From the IMG/VR virus record IMGVR_UViG_3300017658_000002, positions 1 to 43,798 of that record: 43,798 nucleotides of DNA; one strand, given 5' to 3'. The notes beneath the pieces are model-generated. The model was not told where the DNA came from. It saw only the letters and a program-made list of their open reading frames with translations, and made no database searches. This document shows, piece by piece, positions 1-8,200 of this stretch. The first letter of the stretch is position 1. Every line of letters begins with the position of its first letter. Source of the DNA: a virus. Taxonomy: Duplodnaviria > Caudoviricetes. A program made the position numbers and the translations under genes.

Positions 1-123
1 TAGAACGCCGCCAGCGACCTTGGTCTTAAGATCCACGGCGCCACCTCACGACACCCGCCAGCCAGTCCACACAGCGCCGGAATATCGGGTTCTTCTCGTA
101 CAGTTCAGGCAGCTTGATGGCAA
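1..123. repeat. Terminal direct repeat, left copy (circular-assembly overlap)
   Basis: 1-123 is identical to 43676-43798; it falls inside the holin/endolysin genes. Confidence 0.95.
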
Positions 124-259
124 TGAGGATCAGGACATACAGGGCCCACAGCAGCGGCACCAGCACACTTAGCGTCACCGCCCAGGCTGCGAGCCCCGTG
201 CCGGTGCTGATTGCAAGGTTCAGGCTGTCGTTGTTCATCCGCAGAATCCTTTGAGGCAT
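26..259 (-). CDS. Holin (probable pinholin, possible dual start at 259 and 238)
   Basis: Small hydrophobic protein with basic C-terminus; GGAGG SD before ATG 259; overlaps the endolysin start across the circular junction. Confidence 0.7.
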   Translation of the reverse strand: MPQRILRMNNDSLNLAISTGTGLAAWAVTLSVLVPLLWALYVLILIAIKLPELYEKNPIFRRCVDWLAGVVRWRRGS

Positions 260-293
260 GGGCACCTCCGGCAATAGGAGTGCGATGGCCTTG

Positions 294-325
294 ATTCTGA
301 ACGGTGGCGAGAGGTTTACGTGCCC
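294..325 (-). promoter_or_regulatory. Putative late promoter (lysis): GGGCACGTA-N17-CAGAAT
   Basis: One-mismatch copy of the GTGCACGTA motif with the same spacing to a -10-like hexamer. Confidence 0.6.
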
Positions 326-380
326 GGTGAGCTAAAAGCTCTCCGTCAGGGGCTGACACTTCACCCAATGCTAAGCATAA

Positions 381-1565
381 CTACCCTTGCTGTGGCACCA
401 TCCGGGCGCCGGATTCGAGGCCCCCTGGATTGCCGGCGGCCTTTTTTCTCAAAAAGGGCAGCTCAACGAACCTGAAGGTCAGACTGGATACGAGAACTAC
501 CAAAAAAGCCAATACGAACGTCACCGCGACAAAATGCGGGCTGGTTCGCTCCACCGTTTGTAAGTATGCTTCGGCGTTTCGCTGAAACAAAAACAAAATG
601 AGGAGATGGAATAGGTACACGCTATAGCTAATCTCGCCCAGGTATACGAGGGGCCTGCAAGAAAATATGCTTGAACGCGACAGAAGGACAGACAAAAAAA
701 GTACGGAGGCCAGCACATAGCGAATCCAGCCGAACTGTGGGAGGTCCAGGTAGATGCTTAATGCTCCACACAGGAGCGCGATCACTCCGAACGCAACGCT
801 CGTGGCTGTAGACGTTACGTCGATATTTCTGTACAGGTAGGCAGCGAGGAAACCGGTCAGAAAATATAACGCGAAACCGGAGTCAGAACTGAGCAAACCT
901 ATAAACAGGTAAGCCCACAAAATGGCGACACTAGTTCCAAACAATTTTTTATTTGTGTAGATCGCAGCTATGAACGGCACCAAGAAGTAGAACTTCCACT
1001 CTACCGCCAATGTCCAGATTATCGCCGTGACAGTACCTGTGTTCAGGCCTCCAATAGTGAACGAGTTGCCGGAAAATCCAAAGCCGAATATCTTCAACGC
1101 TTCGGGCACAGACCTCAAGTCAAGCGCGCCCCAATCACTGTACGCGACAATTGTTGCCAGCGATATGACCGCCCAGAACACGTAGACAGGAACTACCCTC
1201 TTAATCCGAGATCGGTAGAAGGCGACCCAGTCCAGTCTTCCGTCAGCCTTCATGATCTGCCCGAAAAACAGAAATCCCGTTATACAGAAGAAAATCTGAA
1301 CTCCAAGCGAACCCATGTTTGTGTGGCATGCATAGACAAACTGGTAAGTCTCGCGATCTGCCGGCATTACATACTTCAGCCACTTAATGTGGGCGCACAC
1401 AACAAGTATCGCTGCAATGCCGCGCAGCCCATCCAAGTGGGCGACACGGCTGGCGCGCTCGTTCAGGTGCGGTAAAAACCCAGCGCGGCTGAACACCGCG
1501 CCGCAAACTAGAAACGACGCGAACACGAGGGGCGCCAAGAGAAGACTGTAATTATTATCTGGCAA
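381..1565 (-). CDS. Acyltransferase family 3 (OafA/Oac-like) membrane O-acetyltransferase; moron
   Basis: LDGLRGIAAILVV, GVQIFFCITGF, FYRSRIKR, WTLAVEWKFY, LGEISYSVYLFH and FRFVELP motifs; multi-TM; visibly lower GC than flanks; start codon uncertain. Confidence 0.9.
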   Translation of the reverse strand: MPDNNYSLLLAPLVFASFLVCGAVFSRAGFLPHLNERASRVAHLDGLRGIAAILVVCAHIKWLKYVMPADRETYQFVYACHTNMGSLGVQIFFCITGFLFFGQIMKADGRLDWVAFYRSRIKRVVPVYVFWAVISLATIVAYSDWGALDLRSVPEALKIFGFGFSGNSFTIGGLNTGTVTAIIWTLAVEWKFYFLVPFIAAIYTNKKLFGTSVAILWAYLFIGLLSSDSGFALYFLTGFLAAYLYRNIDVTSTATSVAFGVIALLCGALSIYLDLPQFGWIRYVLASVLFLSVLLSRSSIFSCRPLVYLGEISYSVYLFHLLILFLFQRNAEAYLQTVERTSPHFVAVTFVLAFLVVLVSSLTFRFVELPFLRKKAAGNPGGLESGARMVPQQG

Positions 1566-1612
1566 GGGATGAGGTAAAAACGATCGCCGACGCGGGAATT
1601 GTACTGTAGTGC

Positions 1613-3679
1613 CTAAGTCTGCGCACCGACGACAGTGCCGTCGGTGTCGCTTGAAGGGTCACCGTTTTTAATCCGCAGCCTCCCGCTTGAGTCGACCCAG
1701 AACCTGTATGGGCCCAGCCTGAGCAGCTGTCCGCTATTCCAAGCCCCTGTTCCGATAATCGTCGTACTAGGAATGGACAGGTTGTTACCGTTCACCATCA
1801 GGTCCACAAACCCTGCACTACTGCCCTTACGGCGCAAGCGCAGGACCGCGGACGCATTAACCGCAGAGACCTGCACGCAGTTTCCGAATTCGAAAAACTC
1901 GCCGTCATTACTGCCGGTCTTATCGAAAGCCCCAATGCTGGCGTACTCGGCCGCAGCGGCGAACGTACCGACAAACCGCCCTCCGCCGCCAAGGCTGCGC
2001 AATTCAAGCAGTGTCGTTGGATCGCCTGCCGAAGCAGCGAGACGAGGGCCCACGACGCTGGTATTGCTTTCCGGCCTCGCCCACACCTTGAGTGAGCAAC
2101 CCCTTACCGCGTGCTCTAGCCCGGTCCCGATAGGGTTATCCGACTCGACGACAGCGCGTGTGACACCATAGTTAGTAATTTCCAGGTCAACACCTTCGGC
2201 GATTTCAAACGGTCGCGTCAGTACCCCCATGATAGGAGTGGGGCCCGCCCGGTAAATGTAGTCACAGTCCACCGTCACGACGCAGTCCCGCACTTGTAGG
2301 GACTTGCTTAAGCCTCTGACAACAGCGCCGATCCGCCCATACCCGCTCTCGTTCTTGCCCCTGACCCCAAGGATACTGACTCCTGCTGCTCTATCTATGG
2401 CGAACAACGCGCCGCTAGTCCCAGTGTCCGTGTACTTGACCTTCGCGCCCACCGTGTAAGTGGTCGAGGGGGACCACTCGGCTGCGCCAGGGTCGTAAAC
2501 CGAAAGAAGCCAGTCGTAGGGGTCGTAGGTTGTCCCTGCCCGCGCTGGACTAGCGAACGGCAGACAATTGCCATTATTGTTCTGCCGAGTCCATGAGCTA
2601 TTCGCCTGCCCGAGGCGGCTCCTTCCGCAGTTTCGGAACGTGACGTTGCTAAAAACGACCCCAGTAGTGTCCATGTTGTAGGGGTCTTCGTTGAGTCGCA
2701 AGCCGGCATTGGGATCGTTGCTAATCGCCTCAATTACGACTGCGCAGTCCTCTGCATGCAGGCCAACAACACTGCAATTCCAGTTCGGGTTAACCATGCT
2801 CCCCACCACGTCTACGGCAAAGTCGCAGTCGATGCAGGTCGGACTAACTACGTGAATGTTCTCGTTTCGAAACTGAAACGTTATCGCCCTACCGCCGCCC
2901 AGGAATGTTGTGAGCGGATCAGCTGCGAAATTGCCGGACCTGCACCGATAGATCGTCGGGCGGATGAAGGCGATGTTACGGGCGGAGGAAAAACCAATGC
3001 CGTTCGACGCCGAGAAGTTGCAGTCGATAATGATGTCGGATATGGCGACGTGCTCTTCTCGATCCGGAGCCGTGCCGCAAAACACATGGCGGATGTCTAC
3101 ACCTGGCTCCACCAAGATTCTGGTCCCATTTCGAAACTGGACGTGGGAGCCCGCTTTGGGGGTAATTCCATAAAAAGGAAGCGCCTCGAGACCAACCTTC
3201 GTCACGTAGTAGTAGCCGTCATGCCCGGCGTCAATCTCACCGCCGACGTCAAAGAACTTTTGCAAGGACTCGGACTGATCCACGTCCACGTTCGGCAAGG
3301 CCCCGAAGAGCTCCGGGCGTATATCGACCGAGGGGTCGAGCACCCATCGGCCCGCCCCTGTGACCGAATCCGGCTGGATTATGGTCCCGCCGTCGTCCGT
3401 CAGAACGCTGCCCGCGTCCCAAAAATAGCGCGCGCCACCAACAGTTCCCCCTGGGTGGTGGCTGCAAGTCACTGCGTAGTCCCCGTGGCGACGACCAGGA
3501 AACTCTCGAAGGGAACGGTCGGAGCCGTACAGGCTATCTAGGACCACGGCAGAGCCGGCGACCATCGCCGCGCCGCGTTCCGGGTCCGAATCATCCCCTA
3601 GGTGCTCCGTAAACACCTTCAGCGTATTAATTTCCTGCCCTACGCGTTGGCCCAGTTCGTAGAAGATCGTGTCCGCCAT
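1613..3679 (-). CDS. Tailspike / receptor-binding depolymerase (predicted beta-helix)
   Basis: GGARYFWD..DDGGTII..GRW and PELFGA N-terminal motifs, beta-helix-like body, tailspike-type C-terminus WVDSSGRLRIKNGDPSSDTDG; at the end of the tail operon. Confidence 0.8.
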   Translation of the reverse strand: MADTIFYELGQRVGQEINTLKVFTEHLGDDSDPERGAAMVAGSAVVLDSLYGSDRSLREFPGRRHGDYAVTCSHHPGGTVGGARYFWDAGSVLTDDGGTIIQPDSVTGAGRWVLDPSVDIRPELFGALPNVDVDQSESLQKFFDVGGEIDAGHDGYYYVTKVGLEALPFYGITPKAGSHVQFRNGTRILVEPGVDIRHVFCGTAPDREEHVAISDIIIDCNFSASNGIGFSSARNIAFIRPTIYRCRSGNFAADPLTTFLGGGRAITFQFRNENIHVVSPTCIDCDFAVDVVGSMVNPNWNCSVVGLHAEDCAVVIEAISNDPNAGLRLNEDPYNMDTTGVVFSNVTFRNCGRSRLGQANSSWTRQNNNGNCLPFASPARAGTTYDPYDWLLSVYDPGAAEWSPSTTYTVGAKVKYTDTGTSGALFAIDRAAGVSILGVRGKNESGYGRIGAVVRGLSKSLQVRDCVVTVDCDYIYRAGPTPIMGVLTRPFEIAEGVDLEITNYGVTRAVVESDNPIGTGLEHAVRGCSLKVWARPESNTSVVGPRLAASAGDPTTLLELRSLGGGGRFVGTFAAAAEYASIGAFDKTGSNDGEFFEFGNCVQVSAVNASAVLRLRRKGSSAGFVDLMVNGNNLSIPSTTIIGTGAWNSGQLLRLGPYRFWVDSSGRLRIKNGDPSSDTDGTVVGAQT

Positions 3680-3694
3680 GTCGTCGTCCAGTGT

Positions 3695-4357
3695 TTAGCT
3701 CAGTGCGGCGTCGAAGGCCGTTTCGAAGTCAGAGAAGGTGCCCAGGTTGGTCTGCGCGGTTTCTACCAGCTGCAGCCTGCCGTCCAGGGTGTCAGCATCG
3801 TCCTGGGCGTCGCTGGCCGCACTGGCGGCGCTGTTGGCGATGCCTAGCACTTCGTTGATGGCGGCCACGTAGGAGGCCTTGGCCGTGGTGCTCAAGGACG
3901 CCAGGCCTGTGCTGAGCGCGTTCAGGAAGTTCGCCTGGGTGTCGGTGAACGCGTTGGTGTCCATGTTCTGTTCGTACAGCGACTTGATCTGCGCGGCCGA
4001 CAGCTGCTCGCCGAGGGTGTCAGGGTCGGAAACCTTCACGAAGTCGCTTGGGCCGATGGCGGTAACCATGTACAAGGCCCAGCCCGAGTCGCCGTCATCT
4101 TCGACAAAGACATGGTCGCCCACGGCCAGGTCCACCAGGGCGTCGCGGGCGGTAATGTTGGCAACGGTATGCGTGGTTCGGTTGCCGGCGATCAGGGCGT
4201 ACAGCTTGGCCAAGGTGTCGCCGGCCTGCGCGACGCCCCCGCGCAACTGCGTAACGGCTGCGGTCGTGGCAGCTTCGGCCTCGCTAACAGCGAGGTTACG
4301 CGTTTCCTTGGTCTTGCCACCGACGAAGGTGCCGATTTGGGTTAGAACGGTTGCCAT
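3695..4357 (-). CDS. Tail fibre adaptor/branching protein
   Basis: Between fibre anchor and tailspike; DTLAKL and VANITARDAL motifs typical of phage fibre proteins. Confidence 0.55.
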   Translation of the reverse strand: MATVLTQIGTFVGGKTKETRNLAVSEAEAATTAAVTQLRGGVAQAGDTLAKLYALIAGNRTTHTVANITARDALVDLAVGDHVFVEDDGDSGWALYMVTAIGPSDFVKVSDPDTLGEQLSAAQIKSLYEQNMDTNAFTDTQANFLNALSTGLASLSTTAKASYVAAINEVLGIANSAASAASDAQDDADTLDGRLQLVETAQTNLGTFSDFETAFDAALS

Positions 4358-4375
4358 AGGTAGTCACCCATCACG

Positions 4376-5215
4376 TTATTCAAAGGCGGCCTGAAAGCCA
4401 TCGTCCAGGGCCTGCTCGACGAAGTCATCGCCCAGCGGCCCGACGTACTCGGGGTCGATCAGGTGCATGTCCAGGGTGTCGATGACGCCGTCCACGAACT
4501 CGTGGAACTCCTGGCCCAGCACCTGGCCGTCTACGTTCGGCACGTACCACGATGTGCCATTGAAGGTTTTCTCGACGCCATCGGTGGTGTTGTAGTAGCG
4601 GTCGCCTACCTGCATGGCGGTGCCGTCCGGGCGCAAGGTCGGGTCTGCCGACAGCGCCCCGTAGTAAGCGTTCTTGATCGTCGTCAACGCGGCCTGCGCG
4701 GCGTTCTTGGAGTCCAGCGCGCTGGCGGCCGCCGCCTCGGCGTTGGCCTCGGATGTGTTCACCTCGACAAGGAGATCGGCCCAGAACTCTTCGGGTGTGC
4801 GTTCGTCGGAGATAGGCACCTTGACCGAACGACCGGCCTGCTCGGCAATTTGCTGAATCTGGATGGTGGCGCGGTCCAGGGCGCGGTTGATCGTTGCCGG
4901 GTAGAAACCACCCAGGTTTGTCAGGTCCAGCGCCTGCAGGTTGGGCGCGTTGCTGGTAATGGTGAGCTTTTCATCTGCCGGCAGCGGGTCGCCGCTGACC
5001 GGGTAGGTAACGGAGCCGCCCGGGGAAACGTCCTGATCGCCGTTCAACGACACGGTGTAGTCGCTGTCCAGCGTCAGCACCGTTTCAACGCCCTCAGAAT
5101 CGGTATGCACCAACATCACGTGTCCGGGCGCCTGCAGCGTGAACTCGAAGGGAAACACGGTCGTGCCACTTCCGGTGTAGGGCCCGGCCTTGCGGACTTC
5201 ACTGGATACGGTCAT
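4376..5215 (-). CDS. Tail fibre anchor protein (T7 gp17-like N-terminus)
   Basis: YTGSGTTVFPFEF...ALDRATIQIQQI anchor motif and YYGALSADPT..DG..GDRYYNT motif; AGGAG SD. Confidence 0.75.
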   Translation of the reverse strand: MTVSSEVRKAGPYTGSGTTVFPFEFTLQAPGHVMLVHTDSEGVETVLTLDSDYTVSLNGDQDVSPGGSVTYPVSGDPLPADEKLTITSNAPNLQALDLTNLGGFYPATINRALDRATIQIQQIAEQAGRSVKVPISDERTPEEFWADLLVEVNTSEANAEAAAASALDSKNAAQAALTTIKNAYYGALSADPTLRPDGTAMQVGDRYYNTTDGVEKTFNGTSWYVPNVDGQVLGQEFHEFVDGVIDTLDMHLIDPEYVGPLGDDFVEQALDDGFQAAFE

Positions 5216-5238
5216 GCGGGACTCCTGAGAATGCCAGA

Positions 5239-5270
5239 AGGTTAGCCGCGCGGGTGCGGGTTACGTGCAC
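5239..5270 (-). promoter_or_regulatory. Putative late promoter (tail fibre operon): GTGCACGTA-N17-TAACCT
   Basis: Exact motif in the 5216-5274 intergenic gap. Confidence 0.75.
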
Positions 5271-5274
5271 CCGG

Positions 5275-8200
5275 TTACCGGCGCACGCCGGCCAGCGGCG
5301 CCAGCGGGTTAGCCGTCTTGCCCTCGATCAGCGCGGCCGCCCCCTCGACCAGCCTGTTCACCTGGCCGGCCGGGTAGTGGAATAGGATGCCGGCGGTGTT
5401 GTTGGCGGCCTTGAACAGGGCCATGTCGGGCTCACCCTGGTCGATCTGCTTGGCAAGACGCTCAATTTCGCCGATCAGGCGCAGGCCAGCAGGCCCGCCG
5501 TACTGGAACGGGCCGCCCACGCCGGCCAGGGCTTGCGCAGCGCCCGCCATTTCGCGCAGGCCGACGAACATGCCGAAGGGGTAGCCCACCAGTTCGCTCA
5601 GGATGTCTTCCAAGTACTTGTCCTCGTCGTCTTCACCCTTGAGCACGTTGCGCAGCACGGCGCCCAGCACGGCCGGCAGTACCAGGAGCAGCACGTAATC
5701 GCCCGCCAGGGCAGCGTATTGCTTCTTGCCCAGGCGTGCGCGGGTCTGCTCGGTGGTCAGGTTCATCAGCGTGCTGAAGTAGCTGTAGAAGTTGGTGAAC
5801 AGCTTCATGGCTGGATGGCCGCGCTGGATCTGGGCTAAGTCTTTGATCTGGCCGCTGCCCTGCGAGTCGATGACGGCCTGGTCGGCCAGTGCGATGGCTC
5901 GGTCTTCTTCCTGGCCTGCGGCGATGGCTTTCTCGTAGGCGCCCAGCCAGGTCGGATAATCGACGCCAGCTTGCACCTTCTGGATGAACACAAAGAACGA
6001 GGCTTCAAGCTTCAGGCCCCAGTCGCTGCGCGCGGCCAGCCGGTTGCGCACATCGTTGATTTCCCGGTTCATGGTCAAGGCCCGGTTCTCCATCATCGGG
6101 CTCTTGGCGCGCACCTCGCGGGCCTTCTCGAGCATGTGCAGCGGCGAACCGTAGTATTGCGACAGGCCGCGCGCGATCCACTTGCCACCCACGCGCACGA
6201 TAGATTGCGTCAGGCCCAGCGGCTGCAGCAGCGCGGTGGTCAGGTTCCAGCCCAGGCCGGCCACTGTCGCGCCGGTACGCACGTGGTTCAGCGAGCGCTC
6301 CATGGTGTTGGCGGCGGGAATGTCGCCGCGCGCGGTGTCTTTCACGGCGTTGCGCAACACGTCCATGTACTCGGCGCCGTAGCGGGTGCGGATGGTGCCG
6401 TCCAGGCGGCGCAACAGCTTGTTGGCGTCGATCAGCCATTCATGCCAGGCCAGGTCGTGGATGACCTCGTTGGCGCCCTGCCAGATACCGTCGAAGGTGA
6501 GCAACAGCGGGCGCCCTTTTACTTCTTCGGCGCGGGCCTTAGTGAAGCTGCGCCGCGTGGTCGAAGCCGTGTGCGCCGCGCGCATCATGGTCTTGGCCTC
6601 TTCGGCCTCGGCAAACTCGCCCGCCTTGCCCGACTGGTTCGGGTCGTACTTGACGGGGTAGTAGCCCCCGCGCAGGCTGATGTCTTGGCCATCAGCCGTG
6701 CGAATCGTGAACGGCGCGGCCTCGATCCACTCGGGCTCCTTGCCCATAACCCGCCGCTCCTTGGCAGCGATCTGGGGGCGGTAGGATTCGAAGAAATCCC
6801 ACACACCCTGCACGAACTGCCATTCGGTGGCGGTCAGGCTGTCCAGTACCGGCTGCAGCTGGGCGGCGGTCCACTCCTTGCCGCCCATGAGGCGCTGCCG
6901 GTTGGATTCGTTACCCCAGTTGAGCGCAATGGCCAGGCGCTCGCCACGGTTCAGGCTGCGACCCAGCGAGGGGAAGGACTTGCCTTTGCCGCCCATGGGG
7001 CCGCCGGCGATAACCGACTTGGACAACGCATGCAGGCGCCGGGCGGCGTCGGCGCGCATATCGGCTTCGCGGTCGCCCGCCTCGTTCATGGTGCGCGTGA
7101 AATATTCCCACAACGGACCGCCGTCCTGGAAGCCGTCCATTTCGCGCACCACGCTGGCCGCTTTGCGGTGGGTGGCCAGGGCGCCCCGGAAGGCATGTGC
7201 CAGCTTGGACGACAGCACATCACGCCGCTCGTTGTCGACCGTGCGCCCCCCGCTGGCCTCAACGATGCTGGCCTGAATCTCGTTCACAACGGCGTCCAGG
7301 TCACGCTGGTCCTTGGCGGTGAGCAAGCGCTTTTTCAAGCGGCCGATGTGTTCGACCTGGCGCACCGTGTCGACCAGGCCCCGGAACTCTTCCAGCGTCA
7401 TGTTCTTGTAGTGCTGTCGGTTGGCCTCGTGCAGCAGGTAGGCGGGGATGTCGGGCTCGATGCCGGCCTGCTCCTGCTCGGCCACCCACTCGGCCAGCGA
7501 GGTGCGCTTATCAATCGCGCGCAGGCTTTGCCCACGGCGCAAGTCGAAACGCTCGAGCAGCGTGTCGATCTGGTCCAGGTAATCGACGTCCAGGTTCTTG
7601 CGCGTGCCCTCGGAATCGAACTTCTTCAGGTAGCGCAGCGCCGTGTCGACCTCGTCCATGGCCGCGTGGGTCGCCTTGGCGGCATACGTATTGACCAGCT
7701 GGTTGCGCTTCTCAGCAGCGGCCTGTTCCAGGTCGCCTTCGCGCAGTGCGCGCTCGGCCGCCTTGGCGGCGCGGGTTTCGGCGGCGGTGTACTGGCCGGG
7801 GCGCAGGTTGCGGATTTTCAGGCGCGACACCATGGTGCTGGCGAACTGGCGGGCGGCCTGCGGCACCAGGGCCGCCGTGCGGGTGCGCCCCCGGGCGTCG
7901 GTACCCGTCGCCACGCGCGGGCCTACCGCTGCGGCCAGGGCCTGGTGTTCGGCGGCGATGACGCGGGCGCGCAGGTCGTTATGGATGGCGGCATCGGCCG
8001 CACGCGACAGGGCCTCGGGGGTTGCCAGGTCGCCGTGGCGTTCGAGCATGCGCAGGTCGGTCAGGGCCTCGATTTCAAGGTCGGGCGGCTGCGCGCGGGC
8101 CAGGGCCTGCACCAGTTCGTCGCCGGACGTGAAGCCGAATAGCTCGGCGACCAGGTCGGGGTGCAGGCCGTCATTCACAACCATGCGGCGGGCATCGAGC

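Noticed and set aside
1-123. 123-bp terminal repeat as a physical phage DTR
   Set aside because: It cuts through the holin/endolysin genes far from the terminase region; an assembler circular overlap is more likely. Read-end analysis would decide.
694-700. A7 tract in the acyltransferase as a phase-variation switch
   Set aside because: Short homopolymers are expected in an AT-rich, Phe/Leu-rich membrane gene; the frame is intact.
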